Assembly (NCBI GenBank): GCA_046538235.1
Contig: JBKHJG010000007.1
Coordinates: 10,517-74,516, forward strand
Direction of reading: 5' to 3'
DNA: 64,000 bases
From: Dehalococcoidia bacterium
Lineage (GTDB): Bacteria; Chloroflexota; Dehalococcoidia; GIF9; AB-539-J10
The position numbers were made by a program, and so were the translations under genes. The notes under the pieces are model-generated. The model saw only the letters and a list, made by a program, of their open reading frames with translations. It did not search any database and was not told the DNA's origin. Below, piece by piece: positions 45,385 to 56,445 of this stretch; the first letter of the stretch is position 1, and every line of letters begins with the position of its first letter.

Positions 45385-46509
45385 ATGGGAGCAATAAACG
45401 TAGCCATCGTAGGCGTAGGCAACTGCGCTTCTTCACTAGTGCAGGGAGTTCACTACTACAAGGATGCTAAGGGAGACGAGTTTGTCCCCGGTCTGATGCA
45501 TGTCAACCTGGGAGACTATCATATAGCGGACATTAACTTCGTGGCTGCCTTTGATATCGATAAGGCCAAGGTGGGCAAGGACCTGGCCGAGGCCATTTTC
45601 GCCAAGCCAAACAACACCCTTAAGTTCTGTGATGTGCCCAAGCTTGGCATCCGGGTCGAGCGGGGCATGACTCACGATGGACTGGGCAAATACCTATCTC
45701 AGGTCATCACCAAGGCTCCGGGCCCCACTGCCAACATCGTGGACATCCTGAGAAAGACCAAGACTGATGTGGTCATCAGTTATCTGCCTGTAGGAAGCGA
45801 GGAGGCAACTAAATGGTATGTAGAGCAAGTGCTGACCGCAGGCTGTGGCTTCATTAACTGCATACCCGTCTTCATTGCACGCGAACCCTATTGGCAAAAC
45901 CGGTTTGCGGAGCGCAAGCTGCCCCTCATCGGCGACGATATCAAGTCTCAGGTTGGCGCCACAATAACCCACCGTATGTTGACCAGGCTCTTCCGCGACC
46001 GCGGCGTCAGGCTGGAGCGGACCTACCAGCTTAACTTCGGCGGCAATACCGATTTCTACAACATGCTGGAACGAGAGCGTCTGGAATCTAAGAAGATTTC
46101 CAAGACAGATGCGGTTACTTCACAGTTGGACTACGTTCTTGACCCCGACAATATCCACGTCGGTCCCAGCGACTATGTGCCCTGGCTGACGGACCGCAAG
46201 TTCTGTTACCTCAAGATGGAAGGCCGTACCTTCGGCGATGTGCCACTGAACCTGGAGCTCAAGATGGAGGTATGGGATAGTCCTAATTCAGCCGGGGTAG
46301 TCATCGATGCCATAAGATGCTGTAAACTCGCACTCGACCGCGGCCTGTGCGGGACTATAGTAGGACCCGCAGCTTACTTCATGAAATCTCCGCCTATTCA
46401 ATACTCTGATGATGAAGCCCGCATCAAGACCGAGGCATTCATAGCAGGACAGGAACAAGAATGCCCCATCACACTGCCCGAGCTACAGCCAGTCGAGATC
46501 GAGGGATAG
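45385..46509 (+). CDS. ino1: myo-Inositol-1-phosphate synthase
   Basis: [42 protein letters not shown]. Confidence 0.95.
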   Translation: MGAINVAIVGVGNCASSLVQGVHYYKDAKGDEFVPGLMHVNLGDYHIADINFVAAFDIDKAKVGKDLAEAIFAKPNNTLKFCDVPKLGIRVERGMTHDGLGKYLSQVITKAPGPTANIVDILRKTKTDVVISYLPVGSEEATKWYVEQVLTAGCGFINCIPVFIAREPYWQNRFAERKLPLIGDDIKSQVGATITHRMLTRLFRDRGVRLERTYQLNFGGNTDFYNMLERERLESKKISKTDAVTSQLDYVLDPDNIHVGPSDYVPWLTDRKFCYLKMEGRTFGDVPLNLELKMEVWDSPNSAGVVIDAIRCCKLALDRGLCGTIVGPAAYFMKSPPIQYSDDEARIKTEAFIAGQEQECPITLPELQPVEIEG

Positions 46510-46581
46510 ACCGCATTTTCGGCAAGAGCGCCATCTTCAGGAATCCAGTCCCAGCAATAATCCTATGCCTGCGGTTAGTTA

Positions 46582-47520
46582 GTGGGACTTACTACGTTCG
46601 GAAGGAGTAACGAGCTGCCCGGACTTGCCCTGTCCACAATGTGGGCCAAAGACAGGTTCGCCCGCATGGCGGTATTTGTCGCCAAAGCTGAAGGGCTTGG
46701 CTTTGAGTACATAGAAGCAAATGCCTGGCTCTCCCCACGAATGCTTGCCCAGCTTCTGGCGACCGGAGTTCCGATTTCGAGCATCCACGCGCCCTGTCCG
46801 AACGTGCTGTCAGCAACAGGAGCCCCCGCAGGTGCCCTCTCCCTGAGTTCTCTGGACGCGAGCGAGCGAACCGAGGCAGTTAGCTTCACCAGACAAGCGA
46901 TAGACCTTGCAGTAGACGTTAAGGCCAGGGCCATTGTCCTTCACATGGGTGAAGCACCGATCGACCTCCGCCTGGAAGATAGACTCCGCAGACTGCACCG
47001 TGAAGGCCGGGGCCGAACTGATGAGTACGATCGGGTTGCGGCAGAGCTGGTGCGCCGGCGCAATGCCGTGGTCCCGCCTTACCTCGAGGCAGCCGGAAAA
47101 AGCCTTCGGGAACTGAGCAGATATAGCCGACAAAAAGGTATAATCCTGGGGATTGAGACGAGGTTCCATCTGCATGAGATACCGAATATTGACGAAGCTG
47201 CGCAGCTACTGGGCGAGGTGCCGGACGACGCAGCCGGCTACTGGCATGACGTGGGACATGCCGAAGTCCAACATAGGCTGGGGGTCAATGCGCATGAAGA
47301 ATGGCTCTCACGGTTCCAACACAGGATGGTCGGCATCCACTTGCACGATATTGTGGGCATTTGTGATCACCATGCGCCTGGCACAGGAGACATGGACTGG
47401 TCGATGATAGCCGGATATATACCCGCAGGGATAGTGAAGGTCTGTGAAATCGGCGAGTGGAATGAAGAGGAACAAATACAAGGCGTGGTGGGCTTCCTGC
47501 ACGAGGCAGGAATAGTGTAG
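46582..47520 (+). CDS. Sugar phosphate isomerase/epimerase TIM-barrel protein
   Basis: SIHAP, VLHMG, GIETR, WHDVGHA, HLHD. Confidence 0.8.
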   Translation: MGLTTFGRSNELPGLALSTMWAKDRFARMAVFVAKAEGLGFEYIEANAWLSPRMLAQLLATGVPISSIHAPCPNVLSATGAPAGALSLSSLDASERTEAVSFTRQAIDLAVDVKARAIVLHMGEAPIDLRLEDRLRRLHREGRGRTDEYDRVAAELVRRRNAVVPPYLEAAGKSLRELSRYSRQKGIILGIETRFHLHEIPNIDEAAQLLGEVPDDAAGYWHDVGHAEVQHRLGVNAHEEWLSRFQHRMVGIHLHDIVGICDHHAPGTGDMDWSMIAGYIPAGIVKVCEIGEWNEEEQIQGVVGFLHEAGIV

Positions 47521-47536
47521 TAAGGGAACAGGCTCA

Positions 47537-48133
47537 GTGAGTTTGACGGATACCAGACACATACTGGCGGGAGCCATCACCGGTCCCATAGTCGGGGCTT
47601 TGAGCAGAAGCAAGATAACGCCCAATGCTCTTACAATTGCCAATCTCGCCCTGAACATAGTTGCGGCGTATGTCATTGCCACAGGACACTTCCTTGTCGG
47701 AGGGGCCCTGGTCCTGATTGCAGGCTTGTTCGACCTGCTGGACGGTGCACTGGCCCGCCTCACAAAGCGGACCACGAAGTTCGGAGCCGTGCTTGACTCG
47801 GTGGCCGACCGCATTGCTGAAGCAGTGGTACTATGCGGTCTGCTCATATGGTACATAGGGCAAGAAGCCAGCCTGGAAATGGTGACGGGCCTCATCCTCG
47901 CAGTCCTCATCGGTTCCTTCCTGGTCAGCTACATAAGGGCCAGGGCGGAGGGGCTCGGCTGGCAATGTCAGGTAGGCTTGTTTACCAGAGCAGAACGCGT
48001 TATAGTATTGGCGATAGGCCTAGTGCTGAATCAAGTCTTCATTGCCCTATGCGTTCTGGTGGTTTTTGTGTATGTCACTGTGGTGCAGAGAATGGTCCAC
48101 CTTTGGAAGCAAGAAAGGGCTGGAGGAGATTAG
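47537..48133 (+). CDS. CDP-alcohol phosphatidyltransferase (phosphatidylinositol-phosphate synthase-like)
   Basis: TPNALT, DLLDGALAR...FGAVLDSVADR, SYIRARAE. Confidence 0.88.
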   Translation: MSLTDTRHILAGAITGPIVGALSRSKITPNALTIANLALNIVAAYVIATGHFLVGGALVLIAGLFDLLDGALARLTKRTTKFGAVLDSVADRIAEAVVLCGLLIWYIGQEASLEMVTGLILAVLIGSFLVSYIRARAEGLGWQCQVGLFTRAERVIVLAIGLVLNQVFIALCVLVVFVYVTVVQRMVHLWKQERAGGD

Positions 48134-49420
48134 TTGGCTGTTGTAGCTATTGTGGGAGGGCAGTGGGGTGACGAAGGCAAAGGAAAGATAATAGATCTCC
48201 TGGCTGAGAAGGCCAAGATCGTGGCCCGTTTCTCAGGGGGAGATAATGCCGGCCATACTGTGATCAATCCCCACGGTGAGTTCCGGCTGCATCTTGTTCC
48301 TTCAGGCATCTTCAACCGTCAGGCAACCTGCATTATTGGCAACGGTGTAGCCATCAATCCCGCCGTGCTGCTTAGAGAGATGGACGATCTGCGCAATCAT
48401 GGTGTTGCTACAGACCGGCTTCTTGTCAGCGCCCAAGCGCACCTGATCCTGCCTTATCACACCCTTCTCGACGAACTGGAGGAGGAAAGGCGTAGCCAAG
48501 GGGCGCTGGGAACTACCCGCAGGGGAATCGGCCCTGCTTTCGCCGACAAAGTAGCTCGCCTGGGCATACGTGCCGGATGCCTGCTGGACAAGGATGTGCT
48601 TCGCAGCCGATTGAGCGCAGCTCTCGAGTTCAAGAATGAGATTCTGACCCAAGTATACGAGGTCCCACCACTATCGCTGGAGGAGATCTACGACCAATAC
48701 TGCGCTTATGGGGAGCGCCTGGCTCCCCATATCCGGGAGACCGGCTCTATAGTCCGCGAGGGCGCGGCGAGGGGGGAATACGTCCTGCTAGAAGGTGCCC
48801 AGGGGGCCTTACTCGACCCTGATTTCGGCAGCTACCCATATGTCACGTCCTCATCACCGCTGGCAGCGGCAGCCTGTATTGGGTCCGGTCTGGGCCCACG
48901 TGCGATCGACCGGGTCGTAGGCGTGTTCAAGGCCTATAGCACGAGAGTCGGTGCCGGGCCTATGCCTACGGAACTGAAGAACGAGATCGGTGATCTCATA
49001 CGCAGAAAGGCTGATGAGTATGGCGTCACCACAAGGAGACCACGAAGGTGCGGCTGGTTTGATGCCGTGGCAGGACGCTTCGGCGCTCAGATAAATGGCC
49101 TCAGCGATATAGCTCTGACTCACCTCGACGTTTATGACGGTTTCTCGGCAGTCAAGATATGCACGGCCTACCGGTGTGGCGAAGAGGTCCTGACTTCCTT
49201 CCCCGGCGATGCAGCCACCCTGGAGAAATGCCAGCCTATCTACGAAGATCTGGATGGCTGGCAAGAACCAATAAGCGGAGTTCGCCACTCGGAAAAGCTG
49301 CCCGTGGCGGCCCGCAAGTATGTGTCCCGTCTGGAAGAACTCCTTTCCTGTCCCATCAGCATTATATCCGTCGGACCAGGTAGAGAGCAGACCATATCAG
49401 TTGAGGCTGTCAGCCAATAG
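48134..49420 (+). CDS. purA: Adenylosuccinate synthetase
   Basis: QWGDEGKGK, NAGHT, GIGPAF.DK, EGAQG. Confidence 0.97.
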   Translation: MAVVAIVGGQWGDEGKGKIIDLLAEKAKIVARFSGGDNAGHTVINPHGEFRLHLVPSGIFNRQATCIIGNGVAINPAVLLREMDDLRNHGVATDRLLVSAQAHLILPYHTLLDELEEERRSQGALGTTRRGIGPAFADKVARLGIRAGCLLDKDVLRSRLSAALEFKNEILTQVYEVPPLSLEEIYDQYCAYGERLAPHIRETGSIVREGAARGEYVLLEGAQGALLDPDFGSYPYVTSSSPLAAAACIGSGLGPRAIDRVVGVFKAYSTRVGAGPMPTELKNEIGDLIRRKADEYGVTTRRPRRCGWFDAVAGRFGAQINGLSDIALTHLDVYDGFSAVKICTAYRCGEEVLTSFPGDAATLEKCQPIYEDLDGWQEPISGVRHSEKLPVAARKYVSRLEELLSCPISIISVGPGREQTISVEAVSQ

Positions 49421-49522
49421 TCCACGGTCTCAGGGACGAGCCGACCTGTGCTCTGCCAGTTGGGCCCATTGTGATGAGGTTGTGGACGTGAACATGCATT
49501 CGGGCTAGCTTCCAGCGTTGCC

Positions 49523-50569
49523 CTATTTGCGCGCCTTGCTCAGGCTGCCCTTGGAATTTACCTTGCCTCTGTCTACGCCAACCTCCGCGATCTGCAGGGC
49601 ATTCAGGGCTGATCCCTTACGTAGATTGTCCGCCACTATCCACATAGCAAGTCCGCCGGGATGTGAGGTATCTTTCCTGATTCGGCCTACGAATACGTGG
49701 TCTGAGCCGCTGGCAGCCCAGGGCTGAGGATAGAAACTGACGCTGGGATCATCAAGCACTCTGACACCCGCAGCTTGAGCCAGGACTCGCCTCGCCTCTT
49801 CAGGCGTGATGGGCGCGCTGAATTCCGCGTTCACTGCCTGGCTGTGCCCAAAATAGACAGGGACCCGCACGCAAGTGGCGGAAACAGCCAGCTCCTGGGC
49901 GTGCAGTATCTTCCGTGTCTCCTCACCTATTCTCTGTTCCTCCTTTGTATATCCATTATCCAGGAAGACATCGATTTCCGGCAGCAAGTTAAAGGCTATT
50001 TGGTGAGAATAGACGTGGGGACAGATTCGACGTCCTTCCAGCACCAGCCGCGACTGGTTGGTCAGCTCCTTCACGGCGGCAGCACCACTGCTCGATACTG
50101 ACTGGTAACTGCTGACCACGACTCGCTTGACGGGGTTGATCCTATGGAGGGGACAGAGTGCTACCGTCATCTCTATTGTGCAGCAACTCGGGCTGGCAAT
50201 TATCCCCCTGTGCCACTCAATGTCCTCGGGGTTCACCTCGGGAACTACCAGAGGCACCGCAGGGTCCATTGCGAAGGCAGTACTACTATCAATGACCACT
50301 GCTCCGGCTTCGACAGCCAGGGGAGCCAGCCTATAACTAGTGTCAGGACCGGCAAGAAAGAAGGCGATATCAACATCACGAAACGCCCCCGGCTTAGGTT
50401 CCCTAACTTCAACTCTTTGATGCCTAAAAAAGAGCTTCACACCGGGCGCATGATCGGCACCGAGCAGCTGTATCGAAGCTACCGGGAAACTGCGTTGCTC
50501 GAGCAGCTTGATGAACTCCTGGCCTGCAATTCCGGTAGCACCGACAATAGCTATGCTGAATCCTGCCAT
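49523..50569 (-). CDS. asd: Aspartate-semialdehyde dehydrogenase (divergent motifs)
   Basis: VGATG, PLVVPEVN, RVPV..GHS, DNLRKG.ALNA; directly downstream of dapB. Confidence 0.85.
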   Translation of the reverse strand: MAGFSIAIVGATGIAGQEFIKLLEQRSFPVASIQLLGADHAPGVKLFFRHQRVEVREPKPGAFRDVDIAFFLAGPDTSYRLAPLAVEAGAVVIDSSTAFAMDPAVPLVVPEVNPEDIEWHRGIIASPSCCTIEMTVALCPLHRINPVKRVVVSSYQSVSSSGAAAVKELTNQSRLVLEGRRICPHVYSHQIAFNLLPEIDVFLDNGYTKEEQRIGEETRKILHAQELAVSATCVRVPVYFGHSQAVNAEFSAPITPEEARRVLAQAAGVRVLDDPSVSFYPQPWAASGSDHVFVGRIRKDTSHPGGLAMWIVADNLRKGSALNALQIAEVGVDRGKVNSKGSLSKARK

Positions 50570-50577
50570 GATATTAC

Positions 50578-51375
50578 CTAGAGGTCCAGCAAGGCGTCCA
50601 GTCCGTAAGTAAGCCCTTTGCGTCTCGTTACTTCCTTGATCGCCAGCATGACGCCCGGCAGGTAACACTCTCGGCCTATGGCGCTGTGCCGCAAGCTCAG
50701 AGTCTCACCTGCTCCGCTCAATACAACTTCCTGCCCGGCCAAGAATCCGGGCAACCGCAAGCTATGGATAGCTATGCCATCGATCTGTCCGCCCCTGGTG
50801 TGGCTCAACACTTCATTGTTGGCTTCAGGATGGATGAACGGCTTGCCGCGTGCTTGGGACATCGCTCTCGCCGTAGCTATGGCAGTACCTGAAGGAGCAT
50901 CAGCTTTCTTGTCGTGATGCATTTCGATGATCTCAGCCCGGTCGAAAAACCTGGCGGCAAATCTCGACAGATGTATCAGAAGGGCTGCTCCCAGAGAAAA
51001 ATCAGGCGCCACTACTGCTCCTGCTTTGCCAGCCTGGCATAGCTTTGCGATTTCCGTCAGGTTCTCTTCGGAAAGCCCTGTGGTGCCTATAACCATGTTT
51101 ACTCCTCGGCCAATAGCAGTGCGCGCCGCCGCCATGGAGACCTCGGCATTCGTGAAATCCACCACCACATCAGCGTCGCAGCCCTTTAGCAGCGAGTCCA
51201 GGTCCGAAGAAAAGGGTATCAACTCCAGGGTCTCAGGCAAGGCGAGATACTGCTGAGTGACTTCTTTCTCCACCACACCCACTGCTCTCAATCCGGGCTC
51301 GCGAACGACAGCTTCGGTTATCTGTTGTCCCATCCTGCCCAAAGCGCCGTTAATAACTACTCTTATGGGTTCCAT
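50578..51375 (-). CDS. dapB: 4-hydroxy-tetrahydrodipicolinate reductase
   Basis: GALGRMG, GTTG, EMHHDKKADAPSGTA. Confidence 0.95.
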   Translation of the reverse strand: MEPIRVVINGALGRMGQQITEAVVREPGLRAVGVVEKEVTQQYLALPETLELIPFSSDLDSLLKGCDADVVVDFTNAEVSMAAARTAIGRGVNMVIGTTGLSEENLTEIAKLCQAGKAGAVVAPDFSLGAALLIHLSRFAARFFDRAEIIEMHHDKKADAPSGTAIATARAMSQARGKPFIHPEANNEVLSHTRGGQIDGIAIHSLRLPGFLAGQEVVLSGAGETLSLRHSAIGRECYLPGVMLAIKEVTRRKGLTYGLDALLDL

Positions 51376-51401
51376 CTGACACCTCCCACCTGCAAGGCGG
51401 C

Positions 51402-53600
51402 CTATCTGCTGCGATTGCCGCGACGATCGCCGCGACGGTCGCCCCGGTCATCCGACCGAACAGGTCTCTGCCCACTACGCCTCGGAGCAGAGGAGTCCCT
51501 GACCTTGGCGCCAGGGAGGCGGGAAAGCCCCTCAAATACCGCCTTGCGCGAGAGATTTATCCTGCCAGAGTTGTCAATTCCGATTACCTTCACCATTACC
51601 TCGTCACCCACCTTGACCACATCCTCAACTTGGGGCACATGGTAATCGGCAAGCTCGCTGATATGGATAAGGCCCTCTTTTCCCGGCAGGATCTCCACCA
51701 TAGCCCCGAAGTTGAACAGCCTGGTCACCTTTCCTGTGTAGACCTCTCCTTGTTCCACATCCCGGGTTAGGTCCTCTATTATCTTGATCGCCTTTTGGGC
51801 CGCTTCCACGCTTGAAGAGCCGACCATAATCGTACCGTCATTCTTCACATCTATAGTTGTCTTCGTTTCGTCTGTAATGGACCGTATTACCCTGCCCCCG
51901 GGCCCGATGACGGTCCCGATCTTGCTGGGGTCGATAGTCACTTCGTACATCCTGGGAGCATAGGGGCTGAGGTCAGACCGGCTAACGCTAATAGCCGAGC
52001 TCATCTTCCTCAGTATATCTAATCTGGCATGCCTGGCCTGATTCAACGCCCGGGCCAGGAGGTTGTAATCTATTGACCGCAGCTTGATATCAAGCTGCAA
52101 AGCTGTGAGGCCTTGGTCTGTGCCGGCAACCTTGAAATCCATATCCCCATAGGCATCTTCCATGCCCACAATGTCAGTCAAAACCACAGCCCGGCCATCG
52201 CCTCCCATCACCAGTCCCATAGCTATCCCGGCCACGGGTGCCTTGATAGGTACGCCGGCGTCCATGAGGGATAGCGTCGAGGCACAAGCGCTGGCCATCG
52301 ACGTGCTGCCATACGAACTGAGCACTTCGGAAACCAGGCGTATTGTGTAGGGGAAATCATCCTCCGATGGGAGTATCGGTGCAATCGCCCGCTCCACCAG
52401 GGCACCATGCCCGATCTCGCGCCTTCCGGTTGTCCCTATGCGCTTCACCTCCCCCGTGGAAAAGGGAGGGAAATTATAGTGATGCATGAAGCGCTTGGTT
52501 TCCTCGAGGCCCAGCCCATCCAATAACTGCTCCCGTTTTGTGGACCCCAAAGTAGTAACGGTCAACACCTGTGTCTCCCCGCGGACAAACAGTCCCGAGC
52601 CGTGGGTGCGAGGAAGGATACCGACTTCACAGCTAATGGGGCGGATCTCCTCCGCCCGGCGGCCGTCCAGATGCTGCCCTGTCTGCAATATCCTATCCCG
52701 CACGGCAAGCCTAAGCTGGCCCTCAAACACAGACTTGATCTCCCCTTCAGAAAAAGATTCGGTCAGCTGTTCGGTCACTTCTGCCTTGAGAGATGCCAAA
52801 GCCTGCTCTCTCTGCTGCTTCTGTGGCTCCTTTAGTATCTGGCCCAGGTTCTGATCCAATACCGACGAAATCTGAGATATGAGCGCAGGCGCAGGTTCTT
52901 TGTGTTCGACTTCGTTCTTAGCTTTACCGTGACCTCGCTGTAGCTCTTCCTGAAGCTTGATGATCTCCTGATTCGCCTCGTGTCCTACCCTGATCGCCTC
53001 TAGCAGTATCTCCTCAGAGACCTGCTTGGTGGCTGCTTCCACCATTACAATGCTCTCTTTGTTGCTGGCAACGATCAGGTCAAGCAGGCTATCTTCCGTT
53101 TGGGGGAGAGTAGGATTAACGACCAGGCTACCGTTGATGTATCCAACATGCACTGCCGATACGGGTCCAAAGAACGGGATGTCCGACAACATCAGGGCTG
53201 CTGAAGCGCCAGCAAGGGCACATATATCCGGCTCATTCTCTTGGTCAACAGATAGGACCATGGCCACAACCTGGACCTCGTGCTTGAGTTCCTTGGGGAA
53301 TAGAGGACGGAGTGCCCGATCGATGAGCCGACAGGTTATAACTGCCTCCTCAGTAGGACGCCCCTCCCGCCTGATGAAGCTGCCGGGAATCTTGCCGGCA
53401 GCATACAGCCTTTCTTCATAATCCACAGTGAGAGGAACAAAATCGATCCCCTCCCGGGGCTCGGGACTCGAGCAGGCGGTAACCAGGACCACCGTGTTGC
53501 CATATTGAACAGCTACAGCCCCGTTGGCCTGCTGGGCGAATTTGCCGACCTGGATGCCAAACTCTCGTCCGGCTACCGGAGACACAACAATATCGGACAT
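51402..53600 (-). CDS. pnp: Polyribonucleotide nucleotidyltransferase
   Basis: AAGKIPG, RLIDR, HYNFPP, RREIGHG, GDMDFK, KH and S1 domains. Confidence 0.97.
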   Translation of the reverse strand: MSDIVVSPVAGREFGIQVGKFAQQANGAVAVQYGNTVVLVTACSSPEPREGIDFVPLTVDYEERLYAAGKIPGSFIRREGRPTEEAVITCRLIDRALRPLFPKELKHEVQVVAMVLSVDQENEPDICALAGASAALMLSDIPFFGPVSAVHVGYINGSLVVNPTLPQTEDSLLDLIVASNKESIVMVEAATKQVSEEILLEAIRVGHEANQEIIKLQEELQRGHGKAKNEVEHKEPAPALISQISSVLDQNLGQILKEPQKQQREQALASLKAEVTEQLTESFSEGEIKSVFEGQLRLAVRDRILQTGQHLDGRRAEEIRPISCEVGILPRTHGSGLFVRGETQVLTVTTLGSTKREQLLDGLGLEETKRFMHHYNFPPFSTGEVKRIGTTGRREIGHGALVERAIAPILPSEDDFPYTIRLVSEVLSSYGSTSMASACASTLSLMDAGVPIKAPVAGIAMGLVMGGDGRAVVLTDIVGMEDAYGDMDFKVAGTDQGLTALQLDIKLRSIDYNLLARALNQARHARLDILRKMSSAISVSRSDLSPYAPRMYEVTIDPSKIGTVIGPGGRVIRSITDETKTTIDVKNDGTIMVGSSSVEAAQKAIKIIEDLTRDVEQGEVYTGKVTRLFNFGAMVEILPGKEGLIHISELADYHVPQVEDVVKVGDEVMVKVIGIDNSGRINLSRKAVFEGLSRLPGAKVRDSSAPRRSGQRPVRSDDRGDRRGDRRGNRSR

Positions 53601-53601
53601 G

Positions 53602-53865
53602 CTATTCTCTCAGACCCAGTCTGTCGACAAGAGAGCGATACCGTTCGGGTGCGGTACCGCGCAGGTAGCGCAGGAAGCGCCTCCTCTTCCCTATCACACC
53701 GTGGAGCGCGTGACGGGAATGGCTATCCTGGGGATACAGCCTGAGGTGCTCCGTCAGCTGGTTTATCCTCTCGGAGAGCACAGCTACCTGGACCTCAACC
53801 GACCCGCTGTCATTCTCCTTAAGTCTGAATTCCTTTATGATGTCCCCTTTTCTCTCTTTATCCAC
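53602..53865 (-). CDS. rpsO: 30S ribosomal protein S15
   Basis: DSGSVEVQVA.L, LTEHL, D.HSR, LGLR. Confidence 0.95.
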   Translation of the reverse strand: MDKERKGDIIKEFRLKENDSGSVEVQVAVLSERINQLTEHLRLYPQDSHSRHALHGVIGKRRRFLRYLRGTAPERYRSLVDRLGLRE

Positions 53866-53932
53866 TGTTATAGGCTCCCTAACTAATCAATGCCGTATAT
53901 CATAGCATGGTGGAGGAAACCTTGTACAGAAA

Positions 53933-53961
53933 TTGACCGCACTATTGAGATGCTCTATAAT
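53933..53961 (+). promoter_or_regulatory. Sigma70 promoter of purF-purM-purH
   Basis: TTGACC-N17-TATAAT, 22 nt before ATG 53984. Confidence 0.65.
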
Positions 53962-53983
53962 CCCCCTGCAGGGGCAGCCTTTT

Positions 53984-55396
53984 ATGCGCGAGAGTTGCGG
54001 CGTCTTTGGAGCTTACGGCTCAGGCATAAATGTCGCTCAAACGACTTTCTTTGCCCTCTTCGCACTACAGCATCGTGGCCAGGAGAGCGCCGGCATTGCC
54101 GTGTCTGATGGCAACGAGATAAGAGCACACACAAGCATGGGCTTGGTCTCCCAGGCATTCACGGAGACCGACCTCGCCTCACTCAAAGGCTATATCGGTA
54201 TCGGGCACAACCGCTACTCAACTACGGGCTCAAGCAGACCCGTGAATGCCCAGCCCATCATGGCCAGGTCGAATGGACAGACCATCGCCCTGGCGCATAA
54301 CGGCAACATCACCAACTCCAGGCTCCTTCGCGACGAACTCCGCGACCGGGGCTATCCTTTCCACACAAGCAGTGATTCCGAAGTCATTGCCAACCTGGTG
54401 CTGGCGTCTCCCGGCCAAAGCTGGCAGGAAAAGACAGAGCACGCCATGCGCCGGCTGCAGGGAGCTTATTCCCTGGTAATGTTGACCAAGGATAAGCTGA
54501 TTGGGGTCCGTGACTCGTTCGGTGTCCGCCCTCTCTGCCTGGGGGCCATTGATAGCGGATGGGTTATCGCATCGGAAAGCTGTGCCCTAGACCACATAGG
54601 CGCCCAGCTCATACGGGAAATCGAGCCCGGCGAGATCATAATCATCGATAGCCACGGAGTGAAGAGCTTCAAACAGGGAGATAGCAAGAAGGCCCTGTGC
54701 ATCTTTGAGTACATCTACTTCGCCCGTCCCGACAGCATAATACAGGACAAACTGCTCTACGCTACCAGAGAAGATATGGGCAGGATATTGGCTGAAGAAC
54801 ACCCTGTCGATGCCGATTTCGTCATGGGCATTCCTGACTCAGCTACCGCTGCCGGCATCGGCTATTCCAATGCGTCAGGTATTCCCTACTGCGAAGGACT
54901 GCTGAAGAACCGATACGTAGGTCGTACGTTTATTGAGCCTGACCAGAGGATAAGGGAGCTCGGTGTGCAGCTAAAGTTTAACCCCCTGTCACGCATAATC
55001 TCGGGCAAGAGGCTGATAGTCGTTGACGACAGCATCGTTCGCGGCACCACTACCCCTCGCGTGGTCAGCCTGCTCAGAAAGGCCGGCGCCACAGAGGTTC
55101 ACCTTCGCATATGTGCTCCTCCTATCCGTTACCCATGCTTCTTCGGGGTAGACATGGCAGCCAGGTGGCAGCTCATCGCGGCACGAAAGACCGTCGCCGA
55201 AATCAGGGACTACCTGCGCGCTGACTCGCTGGGATACCTCAGCCTCGATGGCCTGATTCGGGCTGTGGACCTGCCCAGAGATATCTTCTGCCTGGCCTGC
55301 TTCACCGGAGCCTATCCCATCCCAGTGCAAATAGAAATGGACAAGCTAGCTCTGGAAGCACTGCCCCAGGAGGAACCAAGTGAAGTCCGGCTCTAG
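53984..55396 (+). CDS. purF: Amidophosphoribosyltransferase
   Basis: ESCGVFG, QHRGQE, HNRYST, VDDSIVRGTT. Confidence 0.96.
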   Translation: MRESCGVFGAYGSGINVAQTTFFALFALQHRGQESAGIAVSDGNEIRAHTSMGLVSQAFTETDLASLKGYIGIGHNRYSTTGSSRPVNAQPIMARSNGQTIALAHNGNITNSRLLRDELRDRGYPFHTSSDSEVIANLVLASPGQSWQEKTEHAMRRLQGAYSLVMLTKDKLIGVRDSFGVRPLCLGAIDSGWVIASESCALDHIGAQLIREIEPGEIIIIDSHGVKSFKQGDSKKALCIFEYIYFARPDSIIQDKLLYATREDMGRILAEEHPVDADFVMGIPDSATAAGIGYSNASGIPYCEGLLKNRYVGRTFIEPDQRIRELGVQLKFNPLSRIISGKRLIVVDDSIVRGTTTPRVVSLLRKAGATEVHLRICAPPIRYPCFFGVDMAARWQLIAARKTVAEIRDYLRADSLGYLSLDGLIRAVDLPRDIFCLACFTGAYPIPVQIEMDKLALEALPQEEPSEVRL

Positions 55397-55397
55397 C

Positions 55398-56435
55398 ATG
55401 CCCCATCACGCCAGCCCCGGGGCCGGCAAGACAACCTACGCTAAAGCAGGTGTAGACATTGGCCTTGCTGACCGCGTAAAGGCAGCCATTGGCCGGCAGG
55501 CCCGGTCCACCTTTGGCCCCGAAGTCCTCGGCTCAGAATTCTTCGGCAGCATGTTCCAGCTCAAGCAGTATGAGGAGCCGGTCCTGGTGTCCAGCGTTGA
55601 TGGCGTAGGCACCAAACTCAAGATAGCCTCGCTGCTGGGCAAGAATGATACGGTGGGCTTGGACATCGTCAACCACTGCGTGAACGATATCCTCTGTTGC
55701 GGCGCCGAGCCGCTTTTCTTTCTCGACTACGTTGCCATGGGAAAAATGAGGCCCGAGCAAGTCGAAGCTATCATCTCCGGCATTGTCCGGGCCTGCCAGG
55801 AAGCCGGCTGTTCCCTTATCGGTGGTGAGACCGCCGAGATGCCCGGCGTCTACGGTCAGACAGACTATGACCTGGTAGGCTTCATCGTCGGAGTAGTGGA
55901 GAAGAAGAACATCATCCACGGCAGTTCAATTGCTCCGGATGACGTGGCCCTTGGGCTACCATCATCTGGCTTACATACCAATGGTTATTCGCTGGTGCGA
56001 AGCGTCTTCGATGTAGATGCAAATCCCTCCTGCCTGAACGAAGTCTATGCTGAACTGGGAAGGACGCTCGGCGAAGAATTGCTGGAGGCCCACCGCTGCT
56101 ACTACCCCCAGATCAAGCCAGCCTTGCCGCTGATCAAAGGAATAGCTCATATCACGGGCGGCAGCTTTGCGGGTAACCTGCCCCGCATCCTGCCCACCGG
56201 CCTTTGCGCTCATCTCGATAAAAGTTCCTGGCATATACCTCCCATCTTCAGGCTCATCCAGGCAAAGGGTGGCATAGACGAGGCGGAGATGTATCAGGTG
56301 TTCAATATGGGGATAGGTATGATAATCGTTTGTTCGCCCCGGCAGGTAGAGAGCATTGCCACGGTCTTGCCTCAGGTCAAGACTATCGGCAGGATAGTCA
56401 GAGCCAGAGGCGAGGAGAGAGTAGTAGTAGGCTAA
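55398..56435 (+). CDS. purM: Phosphoribosylformylglycinamidine cyclo-ligase
   Basis: YAKAGVDI, DGVGTK, GGETAEMP, GLHTNG; start uncertain. Confidence 0.95.
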   Translation: MPHHASPGAGKTTYAKAGVDIGLADRVKAAIGRQARSTFGPEVLGSEFFGSMFQLKQYEEPVLVSSVDGVGTKLKIASLLGKNDTVGLDIVNHCVNDILCCGAEPLFFLDYVAMGKMRPEQVEAIISGIVRACQEAGCSLIGGETAEMPGVYGQTDYDLVGFIVGVVEKKNIIHGSSIAPDDVALGLPSSGLHTNGYSLVRSVFDVDANPSCLNEVYAELGRTLGEELLEAHRCYYPQIKPALPLIKGIAHITGGSFAGNLPRILPTGLCAHLDKSSWHIPPIFRLIQAKGGIDEAEMYQVFNMGIGMIIVCSPRQVESIATVLPQVKTIGRIVRARGEERVVVG

Positions 56436-56445
56436 AGGAGGCCCT

